A DNA stretch of 64,000 bases from Octopus vulgaris. Taxonomy: Eukaryota. Shown piece by piece: positions 13,525 to 27,673 of this stretch (the stretch's first letter is position 1; every line of letters begins with the position of its first letter). The stretch spans positions 47,616,001 to 47,680,000 of the forward strand of contig OX597814.1 in assembly GCA_951406725.2 (NCBI GenBank), read 5' to 3'. The notes beneath the pieces were generated by a model. The model saw only the letters and a program-made list of their open reading frames with translations, was not told the DNA's origin and searched no databases. Position numbers and translations under genes: made by a program.

Positions 13525-13860
13525 CTAGAAGAATGCTGTGACAAGAGCTAGGGGTCCCTCAATCCCGGTGGTTTTACTGCGCGCCCTGACACCAACCAAG
13601 GGTATTTCTGCGTCCTTGCGCTCAGCTGAGTTGTCATCATATATGCTAGTTAACTCATGGCTGGAACCATGACAGGTTCTGACATTGTAGGTCAGAGTAC
13701 ACTTGGGAACAAAAGTGGCTAAGAGTTGCTTCCACACTCCCCAAAACTCTGGAGCTCCCAAACCATGCCCCACTACCAGATGCAGTTTAAAATTATACTT
13801 AGGACATAAAACCTGCGGTTTCATGTGATTATTAGTTATCTCGCTACAGCCTGCCACTAG
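13525..13860 (-). mobile_element. Possible 5' end of an APE-type (RTE-like) LINE
   Basis: The ORF contains CTLTYNVRT, resembling the start of the APE endonuclease (xTxNVRTL). GC-richer than its flanks; otherwise decayed. Confidence 0.3.
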
Positions 13861-14599
13861 TTACTAATCACAGATACCCAGAGAGTATCATGTTGTACAA
13901 GCGTTTATCACTATAATCCAATGCCATAGAAGTGTCTCTTTTAGATGACCTTATTTGCCATTCCATCTACTGAAAGTCCTACAGCGATGTAATAGTGGTG
14001 ACGCGTGCAGACCTAATCAGTTGGAAGTGCACAGTAAGTTGCAACTTTCGTCTGTTACCTATGCTTCAAACCTTGTAGATCTGTAACGGAACTGAATAGT
14101 CATCTGAGAGGTGATGGTCGGAAAGTAGGAAATGCCATTGATAACAAAGAAACACAACGACACGGCAATCATTTGTAAAGTTGGAACAATCACCATTTAC
14201 AAAACCACGACAGCATAGATTATTGCTGCCTTGATTGATTTCTGCTGTGTATAATTTCTGTTGTGAGGTAAGAATATTTTGAGAATTTTTCGAGTTCTTT
14301 TTTTAAATGTAAGATTTCACTAATTATAAGAATAGTGTAAATCACGAAGTGATTCAAAACTTTTTGAAAAATTTAAATTGTTATTGTCTACAATGAGGCG
14401 TGTTTCGTCTGGTGGGGATTCTCTCAGGAAATTTTTGTCCGTACCCCAACACTGATAGTCCACGAGTGATGCAAATTTCCCATCGGCCCCAAAACAAGAA
14501 ACTGTCTTTCATAAGCTCTTGGACACACCAAATTATTATTCCCGTGTCTCTACTTTGGAATATAAACAAATTATAAAATAGATAACTTCTCTAAACAAA

Positions 14600-15060
14600 C
14601 ATAACCGACCAAAATCACATCAAAAGTAATTAAGATTATAAATAGCCATCTTTTTTCAGCCCAGTTTAATAGCTTTTCCTTATGTAATGATCATTATGTA
14701 TTTCGGAAACTCAAACCACCAATGTTCTACCTTATGGGTTTCACATTATTTCTTCCTTTTTATAAAGTTTTTAATCAGTGCAACGTTGTAGTAACTATAT
14801 TAGGAACATATTTCCTAAATTTTAGATTTTTTGACAATATTCTGATCAAACAACTGAGAATTTCCAAAGCCCTTTTCTATTTCAATTTTCTTCACCATGA
14901 AGCAATACACATCCTTCATATATTGATAGTTGAATCTTCTATTTCGAATTTCCCCTCCGTTCGAAATCAATATACATTAACAACTTTAACAAAGTTTGCT
15001 TGGTCAGTACATTCATCGGAATAAAGATCCTTAATATATTCTGCAAAGGAGTTGTAACAA
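14600..15060 (-). pseudogene. Decayed L1/Tx1-like ORF2 fragments
   Basis: Pieces NSFAEYIKDLYS, VPNIVTTTLH..IKNFI and GGLSFRN..KLLNW resemble L1/Tx1 'Y..LYS', 'NFIW' and 'GGLG.P' motifs. Many stops and frameshifts. Confidence 0.4.
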
Positions 15061-15557
15061 ATACGATTAAAATAATAAATTAGATAATATAAATGAATAA
15101 ATAAAGCGTGTGGAAGTTTAAACCTTTCCAGAAAAGAAACATTATTTTCTTTGATATTATTTTAAAACTCAATTTATCTTCCTTTAAAATAAGACGTTTT
15201 ACCAGTATTTATTTAATACTTAAAGGTGAGTAAAAAACAACTAAATCATAAATACAATTTTCTAACTGTTTACAGTAACATGAATCATCACTGATCTTTC
15301 GTTGCGTAGAAATCATGTAGTGTCAGTAAATACGCAGCTTAAAATATTATTTTTTCTTTTATTCGTTTACTTGTTTCAGTTATTTGACTGCGGTCATGCC
15401 AGGACACTGCCTTGAAGGGTTTTAAGTCAAACAAATTGACTCAAGGCCTTTTTTTCAAAGCCTAGTACTTATTCTATCGATCATATTGCCGAACCGCTAA
15501 TTTGTCTAATTTCGTTAATTGCCATTTATAGCATTTAAATAGAATGGGTTCAGTCTT

Positions 15558-15800
15558 GAGCATCAAAAGGGAACACTATGTAACTAGCAACAAAGTCCTG
15601 GAAAGAGCCAATAACCAAAGCATCGAATTGCTGATCATCATAAAACACTGTCTTCGAAGGTCATGATATGTAGCAAGAATGGAAGACTCGAAGTTCCCAT
15701 ACCAAATCTTATTTAGCGAGTTCACTTCAAGGAAAAGACCACGGGGTTGTCCATTCTGAAGGTACAAGGACCAACTAAGAAAAAAAAAAACAGAAAAAAA
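15558..15800 (+). mobile_element. RTE-clade LINE C-terminal fragment (copy 1)
   Basis: + strand ..EHYVTSNKVLERANNQSIELL..RMEDSKFPYQILFSEFTSRKRPRGCPF*RYKDQL is typical of the RTE/BovB C-terminus. Confidence 0.8.
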
Positions 15801-16559
15801 CTATCAGTGCCTTTTTTTAAAAATCAAAATTTGTAATGTTTTTCTGTAGTTTTATTTCCATTTAACCAATGCGCAAATTTCTCACCGAAGACAAATAGAT
15901 AAACAAATAAATAAAAGCTATACAAAAGCACAACCAGAAGAAGCATCTTCTTTTTACCTGAATAATTCCCTGAATCTAATATAATTTCAACAATGTGCTT
16001 TAGAGCGACCCAATGTCTTTGATATCTTTTCAAGACACTCTGTTTTTCTGGTTGCCATGTACACGCACTCAATAAATTTCCATGAGTAAACTAAGAAGAA
16101 TGAATGTTTTACATAGAGCATTTTCCGATTCCTGTATCCACCATTCATGAAAAGGATCAACTTTACTGTTCTATCCATTACTGCAATACAATGCATTGGT
16201 AACATTGGATATATATACACTTCTCACCGTCTTTCTCTTTTTATTTCCATTATGATTTGCCTTTCCATATTACCATCTCGCTTTTTCCGTGCTTGATTTT
16301 GGCTTTAGAATGCAATGTATTTATTTGGTTCTATTTCAGCTCACTAATGGAAGTTATTCTAATGTATGATTTCAATTAGTAGTAATTAGCCATTCCTTTA
16401 ACCAACTTTGCTAATGGTTCTTTATTTACAATGTATTTAGTAGGCCGTCGGTGCTGTAATTTTCCAGTCAACATATTTCTCTTCTCTCTATAATTTCTTT
16501 ATATCGATATTGTACTTCAGCTGACTAGTCATAAGCAGGTTAGGATATCCCGCCACATC

Positions 16560-16910
<351 letters not shown>

Positions 16911-17335
16911 AATGTTGTCTGTATGTGTACATAATAACCATTAAAAATAGACCTGATATGAACATCTGAAAATACCAGGAGATGGAGTATTGGAAAATTA
17001 AGATGTTTGTGCATTTATTCACGGGCATATGTGGTGTAAGTGGTGTGAAATTACTGCAGCTGAGAATTAACCGAAAGGTTGCTTCCAGACTGCGTTGTTG
17101 GCTGGAGAAAATTTGATTATTTAACATAAGACCATTGTGTGTACAGGAGCTTGCAAAGTTGATTGAAGCGAGCTGATACATTACTGGTTTTTATTTTATA
17201 ATCATTGGATTGATAGAAAGTGAAGCCGTCGACATCAGGTGGAAGTCATTAGATGTTGTAAATCATTCACTCCGATGCTCTGCCGTACGCACCAAAAACA
17301 ATATAATAATTATATTATAATATTAAATAACAGAC

Positions 17336-17429
<94 letters not shown>

Positions 17430-17556
17430 TATAAAATATATATATAAAATACAAAATGGGACAAGAACGCAAAACATCCGGACAACCAGGTGATACAAAA
17501 AGGGACAACAAAACATCCAGATAGACGATACAAAAAAACACGGACGGGTTATTCGA

Positions 17557-17622
17557 AGCCTTTTATCTTCAGTCAAGAACCGGATCATCCTCGCAATTTC
17601 GGCTGATTAATCTTGAGATTGC
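17557..17622 (-). ncRNA. Candidate rearranged (non-circularly permuted) hammerhead ribozyme
   Basis: - strand GCAAUC|UCAAGA-uuaauc-AGCC-GAAAUUGC-gaggaugauccggu-UCUUGA-CUGAAGA-uaaaa-GGCU. Stem III GCAAU/AUUGC, stem I UCAAGA/UCUUGA, stem II AGCC/GGCU. Confidence 0.6.
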
Positions 17623-17629
17623 TCCAATT

Positions 17630-17669
<40 letters not shown>

Positions 17670-17730
17670 AATTCAGATAAACGAATAAAATTAAAGGATA
17701 TCAAGAGGAAGTGCGCTCGGTGAAAAGAAA

Positions 17731-17765
17731 GGTTGACATTTCGAGCATAGCTCTTCGCCAGGAAG
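17731..17765 (-). ncRNA. Degenerate minimal hammerhead in a Penelope pLTR-like fragment
   Basis: - strand CTGGCGA-A-GAGC-tat-GCTC-GAAA-TGTC, apparently decayed from CTGACGA...GAAACGTC. Confidence 0.5.
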
Positions 17766-17888
17766 AAGGGAGAAAATGAAAAGTCCAAAGAAGGAAAAGA
17801 AATCGCCAACAGTACGTTTGTAATTATATTATATATATGGCTGCGACTCTATATCGTCGCCGAATCCAAAAATTAGAACGCTTTCACC

Positions 17889-18371
17889 AGCATCAAATAG
17901 GAACACTATGTAACTAACAAGAAAGTCCCGGAAAGAGCCAATAACCAAAGCATCGAATTGCTGATCATAAAACACTGTGTTCGAAGGTCAGGATATGTAG
18001 GAAGAATGGAAGACTCGAAGTTCCCACACCAAATCTTATTTAGCGAGTTCACTTCAAGGAAAAGACCACGGGGTTGTCCATTCTGAAGATACAAGGACCA
18101 ACTAAGAAACAAAAAAAAAAAAACTGCAAGCCACTGGACTCGAGCCTAAATCCTTTGAAACACAAACCCGAAACCGCACCAACCGGTGGTATTCCATCAC
18201 TATCGGATCCAAAAAGTTCGAAGCCATCAGAAGAGAAAAAGAAGAAATCAAACGATAGGAGAAAGGCTCGACAAATCAGCCTCGTCCTCCACCACCATGC
18301 AGTCAATGCCATCAGCAGTTAATGCAAGAATTGGTCTACTTAGTCATAAACGTCATCATCAAGAAAGTTGA
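17889..18371 (+). mobile_element. RTE-clade LINE 3' end (copy 2) with C-terminal C2H2-like finger
   Basis: Same peptide as 15558-15800, continuing to CSQC...NARIGLLSHKRHH, the BovB/RTE-type terminal finger. Confidence 0.85.
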
Positions 18372-18560
18372 AGAACTCTTATATATTTCTGGTACAAAGG
18401 CCCATCTTCAGAGGTCAAAGTAATTTGTGTCTACGTTGATACTTAGATGTAAGTTGTATCCTTCTGAAGTTGGGTCTTTGCGTTTGAAATATATACAGGT
18501 TTTTTTAACTTTCTTCTCTGCATTGTCAAAAGCTTTTCTCATTTCCATTTTCGTTTATTA

Positions 18561-18631
<71 letters not shown>

Positions 18632-19000
18632 CGCACGCACGCACACACGCGCACGTACGCACATACGCGCACGCACACACACACGCACACAGTAGTGTTT
18701 CTCATAAGGAGAGGCTTAGGAGGATTGAAAGCGAAGTGGACAAAATGCAATGTTTAATAAGATTATTTCTAATTTAAGGATAAGACCAAACAATTTTGAA
18801 GGAAGTCGATATCATTGACTTGTACCTAATGTTATCGATCTTGAAAGGACGAAAGCTAAATTTGAATTCAGAAGGTAAAGAGCCTGAGCAAAGTTTGCAA
18901 ACTATTTTCCCGACACTCCATTTCTTTCTTTTGCTACTATGGGTGCAAAATCTTTTTTGTCTTTTCATCAAAATATTTTGCTAATACATGTTGGTAGGAT

Positions 19001-19216
19001 AAGGCGGCGAGCAGGCAGAATCTTTAGCAGGTCGGGCAAAATACTTATCGGCATTTCGTCCGTCTTTACAGTCTGAGTTCAAATTCCGCTGAAGTCCATT
19101 TTGCCTTTCATTGTTCGGGGTCAATAAAATAAGTACCAGCTGAGTACTTGGGTCGATGTAATCGACTTACCCACCTCCCCTGAAATTGCTGGCTCTGTGC
19201 TAAATTTTGAAACTAA
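19001..19216 (+). mobile_element. SINE family A (older tail variant)
   Basis: aaggcggcgagcaggcagaa...gagttcaaattccgc...aagtaccagctgagtact..aaattttgaaac. Confidence 0.85.
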
Positions 19217-19803
19217 TTTATTTTGGTAGGATGAGAAAAGTGATATTTGCCGGCTATTGAGAGCCACACACATATTATATAACATATATATAATATATAG
19301 TGTATGATGCATATATATATATATAATATATTGTATAAAATATTTTAATTTAAAATTTAAAATATTCAAAGTGTAATATATTGACTAAGATACAAGACCA
19401 AGGCTAATAAGACTAGAGTATGATAAGACATGAGTATAATAAGACCGGAGAAATGACCTAAGTGTAGTTACATATTTATGCGAGTTAACTATGACGATGG
19501 TCATTTTCACTACAGACACGAAAATACGTTAATAAATCGAAATACTCATGCAAGATGATGGCTGTAATTTCAGTTAGATGATTAATAGTATCTAGTTTCC
19601 TGTTCCACGGTTTTGAATTGAAATCTGATATTACCTAACTTTCATCTGCACTGTGTATCAAAAATATTTACCACTACATAATGGAGAATTTTAAAATGTT
19701 ACTTTTATTTTATATTTTTTCCTGCATCAATATTTTGCCATTAACTAAATTAATTATAATTGTTTTGCTATACAAAACGGTATTTCGATAGATTAGAAGA
19801 ATA

Positions 19804-20187
19804 TTGGTTTCAAATTTTGGCACAAGGCCAGTGATTTCGGGGGAGGGTGCTAGTCGGCCGTCAGTGTTCTATAAGTACTCATTTTATCGATCCCAAAAGA
19901 ATGAAAGGCAAAATCGACCGCGCCGGCATTTGAACTCAGAACGTAAAGACGGACGAAATACCTATTTCGTTACTACCCACAAGGGGCTAAACACAGAGAG
20001 GACAAACAAGGACAGACAAACGGATTAAGTCGATTATATCGATTCCAGTGCGTAACTGGTACTTATTTAATCGACCCCGAAAGGATGAAAGGCAAAGTCG
20101 ACCTCGGCGGAATTTGAACTCAGAACGTAGCGGCAGACGAAATACCGCTATTCATTTTGCTAGGCGTGTTAACGATTCTGCCGCCTT
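19804..20187 (-). mobile_element. Composite SINE family A (young unit nested in or fused with an older unit)
   Basis: Two family-A bodies in tandem, joined at gacgaaatacc|tatttc (19962/19963). Confidence 0.85.
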
Positions 20188-21217
20188 AGATTAGAAGAAT
20201 ATTGATATCAAACATTAGCATGACGCTCTGTTTATACTGCCAATTTGCTATCCTTAGGAAATACTATTAGCAAATGAATGTTATGTTGTCACATAGAATT
20301 ATTACAAACCTCACTCTCATTTATGATTATAGATACTGTGGAAAACGCTTGGTCTAGACGATTTTATTTCCATTTATGTAATTGAATACTGAAATGTATG
20401 GAGTTAACGAATTTTAAATGTAACTAAAAGATGAGTAATAAATAAAGAAGAATATAATCTTAAACAAAACTGATTTTAAAGCGTTGTTACTTGATTTGTT
20501 ACAGTAGTTTACAATTGATCAGGAAGTGAAACATGTTATTCATCATAGAGAGATGTCACTTCCGGTATACTATCTCGAAAAACTTTCAAATAATTACACA
20601 CACAGAAATCTGCTAACAAATAAATTCGTTTGTGGTATTTTGATTATTTGAAAGAAACCAGACAGAAAACATGACCTATGTCAAATAAAATAATTTCCGA
20701 AGTCAACTTCTGGACTATATTTATGTCAGCAAATCAGTTCTTTGAACAGAATTCTTACTCGCGTCCATGATTTTTGCATTGTATTTTAGATTTAAAAACT
20801 AACTGATCCTAAACAAATGTATTTATACTTTTAGTACCTAACTGATTATTTCCCCACTTATTTGGCTCATTATGTGTTATTGCAGATATGTCTATAATTA
20901 CTAGTTTTGGTCGGATACACTTAATACATTTGATTTATTCCATTATCCTATTTTTTCTTAGTGTTTCTGTATTTCGTATACTTTTTCTGTTTTTATAGAT
21001 TAGAAAGAGGTGTAGTAGTGCCTAAGACATTTGCAAGTCGTCCTAAACTAAAAAGCCAGGGTTAAACTCAGTATACAGCCAACTGTTTGACAATAAAGGA
21101 GTGAAATTGAACCAGTGCGTCATGAACCTCCCTAGTTAAAAGACTTATTCCAACACGCAAGTCTACATCAACAATATCGCAAACAAATACAAAAACGTGT
21201 GTGTGAGTGTGTATATG

Positions 21218-21312
<95 letters not shown>

Positions 21313-22265
21313 CAGAGTTTGTGCGCGCGCGCATATGTTCCCTATGGATTCGAAAACTGTGTTACCGATTTTGACGTTTGAGGTATCAAATTATTCAGCA
21401 GTAATCTTTCGGCTACCATCTAAAGTATGCTTTTTTCACAACTCCTTTTTACTACAAAATAACCTCGTAAATGAGGTCGGGTCGCACAATTTTGAGGTCT
21501 TTAGTTAAGGGAGGCAACTCTACCTCCACAATCTATGTCTTACATAGAGCATAATGAGAAAATTTTTAATACATGGAATTTTAGCTGGGAATGAAACTTC
21601 GAAGATATATCGTCAACTTTATTTGTATTATTTAGTAGATAATCTTTTAATGTTGAAGTATGTTTGTCTGCGTTTTTTTTAGTCCAGAGTTGCCTCTGAT
21701 GTAGCAGACTCACCGCATAGTTTTTTCTTCCTGGAATACTGTAAATCTGATGAAAGGGTGTGTTTTAAGAGAGATTTGGCTGCTATTTGTTGTAGCACAA
21801 GTTACTACAGAGACACTTCTGTGTGTGTGTGTGTGTTTCGTTGTGGCCAAAAAAAAAATGTTTTTTCTCAAAATATTTTGCACAATAATTTTAAAAGAAA
21901 TCTTTCTTATTGCTAACCATTCGACTTCAAATTGTAATTGTTAATTGTTGGAATCCAAGTAGACTGAGATATACATATACTGTTATCGTATAGAGTGGAA
22001 GTTTAATACGAAGTTTTGAGCTCATTATCTTGTGGTTAGTAATCCATTACCTTAAATTTGAAGCCATTAACTCTTTAAACATTATTTTACTAGGTTTAAG
22101 TCTTTCAACTGTCACCATGATGGGGTATCACCTTCAAAAATTCAATTAATCATACTGATCTCAGTACATATTTCAATCTGGTATTTATTTTATAGACTTT
22201 TGCTTGATGAACTGCTAACTTTGAGACATAGTGGGACCCAATACTTGATTTAATAACAAATGTAA

Positions 22266-22299
<34 letters not shown>

Positions 22300-22301
<2 letters not shown>

Positions 22302-22450
22302 GTTAGAATGACTGATGGTTGAGAAGTTTGCTTCCCAGCTACATGGTTCCATGCTCAGTCCCTCTGCATGGTACCTTGGGCAAGTGCTTTCTACTATAAC
22401 CCTAGGCCAACCACTGACTTGTGACTGGATTTGGTAGACGGAAACAGCAG
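22300..22450 (+). mobile_element. SINE family B, 5' part
   Basis: acatggttcc..cagtccc..gtaccttgggcaagtg..ctactata..ggatttggtagacggaaac. Confidence 0.75.
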
Positions 22451-22621
22451 CGTTGTACATCAGAAAATGACGGAAAAACATGTTTCTTAAGAAGATTTAT
22501 TTGCTTCATACTCCTCGTGTGCCGATTTTTCCCATAAGAAAGGAACAATACAATGTGGCTGTAAGTTATAACACCCGGGCAAGTTTGCTAGTGAGTGTGT
22601 GTGTGTGTGTGTGTGTATATG

Positions 22622-22691
<70 letters not shown>

Positions 22692-22989
22692 TATATAAAG
22701 GGGTTTGTATGATTGTGTATAGAGGGATTATATTATTCAAAGAAATTCCAACTCTGTTTTTATGTTTTATTTATATCCTTTATAATATTAATGTAGAATA
22801 TAGAATATATAGTATAAACAATATATATATATATATTGTAAAATGAAATGAAGTATTGATTATCTTATTGAATAGAAGAAATGTTGAATATAAAACATTA
22901 AGGGACTAGTATACTTTCATGTGTCATAGCAGTCTTCAAGATCCCAGGTTGTGACAGGAGTGTTTCAACTGTCTATATATATATATAGA

Positions 22990-23037
<48 letters not shown>

Positions 23038-23042
<5 letters not shown>

Positions 23043-23260
23043 CTTTACTACCCACAAGGGGCTAAACACAGACGGGACAAATAAGGACAGACAAACGGAT
23101 TAAGTCGATTACATCGACCCCAGTGAACTGGTACTTAATTTATCGACCCCGAAAGGATGAAAGGCAAAGTCGACCTCGGCGGAATTTGAACTCAGAACGT
23201 AGCGGCAGACAAAATACCGCTAAGCATTTCGCCCGGCATGCTAACGTTTCTGCCAGCTCG
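23038..23260 (-). mobile_element. SINE family A (young)
   Basis: Near-identical to 2781-3012; its tail abuts (TA)n. Confidence 0.9.
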
Positions 23261-23602
23261 CATATGTATGTATGTGTGTCGTCTGATTCTGTGTGCACGC
23301 ACATACACACACAATCACATACACAATCACACACACATATTCACACTCGCGCGCACGCACACACTCAACAAAGTTTCCAAAGCATTAAATAAATCAAGTC
23401 AATAGCTTTCTTCAAATAGAATAGATGTTGCAGTTTATAGAAACACCCTTTCTTTTAAATTTACCATCAATGCGTTCTGTAGCCAACTATAAAGACTGAA
23501 GGCAAACATATTTACACTAAACTTGTCTATCTAATACATATATAAATATATTCGTACATACATCTCTCTCTTTCTATGTGTATATATATATGTATATATA
23601 TG

Positions 23603-23695
<93 letters not shown>

Positions 23696-24177
23696 TGTAT
23701 GTATGTATTTGTGCATAACTGTGTGTGTTTGTGTGTTATTAAAGCAACATGAATAGCAATCTGATGACTGGTAACATAAAAACAAGATTGCTAATTTGTA
23801 TTAGCTTTGATTTGATATGAAAGTATTTGTTTAGTAAAATTTGAATCAGCCATGTTTGCTATCAAGCTAATTAGAGATCCTTTGGAAATTAATTACTGCT
23901 ATTGTTGTACACGTCTTTTTTTTTATGCAACACCTCTTTGCATCTTTCTACAAGGCAAAATAAAATAGAGAAAACTACATGGGTCATAACTAATTAGTAG
24001 AGTTGTAAAAAGCTGGACATTTTGTTTGCCTAAATGCTTACGTCGTATCATAATCATTCACTGTGTTTGATATAAAATAATTCAATATTGCTTCACTATG
24101 GACGCCATTTTCTTATTTTGAGACCTAAGAAAAAATGACAAAAGAACAAAATAGAAGTATAATAATTTTTTTTTTCA

Positions 24178-24860
24178 GTTTTGGCTGTAGGCCAGCAGTT
24201 TTAAGGGAGTGGGGTAAGCCAATTATATCGACTCCAATAATTGACTGGTAGTTTATTTGTCAAGTACCAGATGAAAGGCAAAGCTGATCTCGGTGAGATT
24301 TGAACTCAGAGAAGGCATTTTAGCACGCCGGGCGAAATGCTTAGCAGTATTTCGCCTGCCGCTACGCTCTGAGTTCAAATTCCGCCGAGGTCGACTTTAC
24401 CTTTCATCCTTTCGGGGTCAGTTACGCACTGGGGTCGATGTAATCGACTTAATCCGTTTGTCTGTCCTTGTTTGTCCTCTCTATGTTTAGCCCCTTGTGG
24501 GTAGTAAAAAAAAAAAACTGACAAGTTTGCCAGTTCATCACATTAAACAGGAGTGTAATATTAAATATTTAAACTAAAAGTTATAATATATTACGTATCA
24601 TATTATACATAATATGATATTATCCTCAGAATAATATTGTATTATGTATATTAAGGCGGCAAGCTGGCATAATCGGACAAAATGCTTAGCGAGATTTTGT
24701 CCGTTTTTACGTTTTGAGTTCGAATTCCACTGAGGCGAACTTTGCCTTTCATCCTTTTGGGGAAGATGAAATCAGAACCAGTTGAGTACTGGGGTCGAGG
24801 TAATCGACTTACCCCTTTCTCCGAAATCGCTGGCTTTGTGTCAAAATTTGAAACCAATAA
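24178..24860. mobile_element. Cluster of three family A SINEs (24178-24310 -, 24320-24515 +, 24652-24860 +)
   Basis: Each carries the gagttc(a/g)aat..ccg(a/c) and ttt(g/a)cctttcatc motifs. Confidence 0.85.
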
Positions 24861-25176
24861 CATATTACATATAGTATTTTAGCTACATATATGGGCCTTT
24901 GCCGGTCATGGCAGAAGCATTGCAATAATTTTTATGCCGTGAAAAAAAAATAGAAGAACCGTTTCAGGAAGAATCTAATTTCTATAGGATTGTACTATGA
25001 ATAGATAATTCAAGCACATTTTATTAATAAATAGTGAACAGTGTCTTTATACATGCAAAAATCAATTAAAGAAAGAACGAAAGAAAGGAAAATGAAGAGA
25101 AGAGAAAATAGGAGGAATGATAATATGAAAGGTATAAATATGCTGACAAACAGAACTGGAAGTAAAAGCAACTTAC

Positions 25177-25376
25177 GGTGGCCCAGTGTCAAAGATCAAA
25201 CAATTATGTAGTAGACCCTGTATATCTAAACTTTCAAAAATAACATGAAATGCTGATGAGACATAAGAAAATGAAGAAAATAAAGAAAATTTCCCGAGGT
25301 CTATGGAAACTCGCCAGGAACTAATTTTCGACTGTTGCAATGGAAATATGTCAGTGGATATGATGCAGAAGCGCAA
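25177..25376 (-). CDS. Candidate internal coding exon of an unidentified host gene
   Basis: Acceptor ttttag| and donor |gtaagt bracket exactly 200 nt of non-repetitive sequence with one open frame (LRFCIISTDIFPLQQSKISSWRVSIDLGKF...CLIFDTGP). No domain recognised. Confidence 0.4.
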
Positions 25377-26280
25377 CTAAAATTTTAATACTTCACGAAA
25401 TAAACGAAAGGTGGACAAATCAAGTAGGTTTTTTTCGCGAATGTTACTCTTTTAGACGATTCTTGTAATATAAGTTGTACAGAGCTCTAAGAATTAAAGT
25501 TGCACGGCTGTGTTTGTCGAGTTGATTTTTCTAAAATATATTTTAAACAGTTCCATCGTAACTGTCTTCAAATACAGCTGTAACTGTTGTTACATATAAG
25601 CTAGCTTGCCCATAAAGACTTCCCATATTACCTTCCTATATATAAACGTTATTACACAAAGGCTTGAGCTCATAAATTTGCCTATCTACTAAACGTACAG
25701 TCAAGAAGTATAGATATATCTAATTTTTACTGCTATTAAATTAATTCCATCATAAGCCGACGTATTATGATAAACAATGCATTGCTTATTGACCAGAATC
25801 TCAGTTTGCTTCATAGACAATACTTTTGAGCTTACTTAGTTTTCATTGTAGTTGATGGTAAATGTGTGTAAATAATTACTTTCCTTCTGGAAAATCGATT
25901 TGCTTACATTCAGTCTTTATTCAAATTGCACAAATGAAAATCAAACTTTGGAATCAATCTGAATTAAGTTCAAATATGTTAAGGGAAAAAATACAAATAT
26001 TAACATCAAATTAAAATAGCAATCGTAATGGTATTAATATTGCTAATGATAATTCATCAAATGTCTCTTTAGTAGAGGGCATAAAAACTCAAGAAATAAA
26101 ATACAATATCTTTACTATACGTACATTTAATGTTATAGCGAGTTGACTCATGAAATGATGTTGATGCCCTCTCGTGTGTATGATACGTGTGTGTGTGTAT
26201 GTATGTATGTATAAAAGTATGTATGTATGTATGTGTGTATGTATGTATGTGTGTGTATGTATGTGTGTGTATTTATATAT

Positions 26281-26322
<42 letters not shown>

Positions 26323-26536
26323 AGAGAGAAGGAGAGAGATACGGGAGGGAGAGAGCGAGCGAGAGAAAGAGTGAGAGAGAGAGAGATAGTGAGGTATAAC
26401 TTGTTCTTGGTATTTTTAAATATCTTTAGAATATTGTACATAAATATGATCCATGACTTCTAGTGTAGGCTTCGATAAAAAAAGTCCATGCTTTTTAAAA
26501 AAAAAAGTCCAAGCATGCATCAGAAGAATTTGCCAA

Positions 26537-26658
26537 TTAGATAAAAGAAATAGAGAATAAGAACAGTGGAAAGTAGCAATGAATGTAATAAAATATTGAT
26601 GATGGTTCTGGGAGTTGGGTGGCAGTCGCTGTACTAATGTTAGAAGTTGTCCTAGAAT
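26537..26658 (-). CDS. Candidate terminal exon with Ser/Thr-rich spacer and hydrophobic C-terminus (GPI-signal-like)
   Basis: Strong acceptor ctaatttttcag|. The phase-1 frame reads xSRTTSNISTATATQLPEPSSIFYYIHCYFPLFLFSISFI*. Confidence 0.3.
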
Positions 26659-26853
26659 CTGAAAAATTAGAAAGTGATTTAATAGTAATAACAACTATAT
26701 TTGAAGACAATTGCTTGCAATTGTCACAAAACTTTTGCAGGAAATCTGCTCATTATATACTACCATATATTTGTATCTGGGTCAATTAAAATCAAACAAC
26801 AACAACAACAACACCAAAAGCAGCAGCAGTAACAACAACAGCAGCAGCAGCAG

Positions 26854-26884
<31 letters not shown>

Positions 26885-27673
26885 AAACAATAATAAAAAT
26901 AAATGTTCTGATGCAGTACCAGACAGTGGCTCTCATGGCTTCTGATCTTAACTGGTTGGAAGTGTTATCATGTACATGTTTCGTCTTGGTATAAAAGATG
27001 GGCTACAGATTTGCTTGTCAGTTGCTTGATCTTAACCAGTTGAGCATGTCCCTTAATGACTGACGATATCTGCATCTCTGATCACGAATAGAAGTTGTGG
27101 GAGAGCATCATAGCCATGTGTTGAGAGGAATTCTTTGGAGTTTGAATAATTTACCTCTGGTAACATGGGTGTTTCATTCAGCATCCAGCAACAAACCTTA
27201 TTCAGGGACCATCGCTGAAAGATTTGGCAGTATTTTATAACAGCGTTTCGATAGGTTGTAGTGTGGAGATGAATATTATTATGGATTGGTAAAAGATGAC
27301 ATTATCCATTTCACTATAGATAAATAACCCAATGAAATATGGGATATCGGATTGAAGCCAACTTCACCTTTTATCCTCTCGAACTCGATAAAACAAGTAT
27401 CAGTGGAGCATTGGGGTCGATGCAATCGACTAAACTTGCCTCAAAAATTTCAGATCTTGTGCGTATAGTAGAATGAATATTGTAGTGTAAAATGAAAACG
27501 TGCCAGAGGATATATTATACTGAATAATTATACTAAATGAGTGACGAGTATGTGTGGGTACTCCTGTGACTTTGAACACGGTAATTTATTCTGCAGGATG
27601 AATAAAATACATTTTAGCATTTTAATTTTACATATGATTTCAATGCTAAAGGAACTTCTGAATCACCCTATAT

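Noticed and set aside
26900-27215. Repeat-like segment after a (CAA/CAG) tract
   Set aside because: Probably an interspersed repeat, but there is no second copy, termini or protein motif in this window to support a call.
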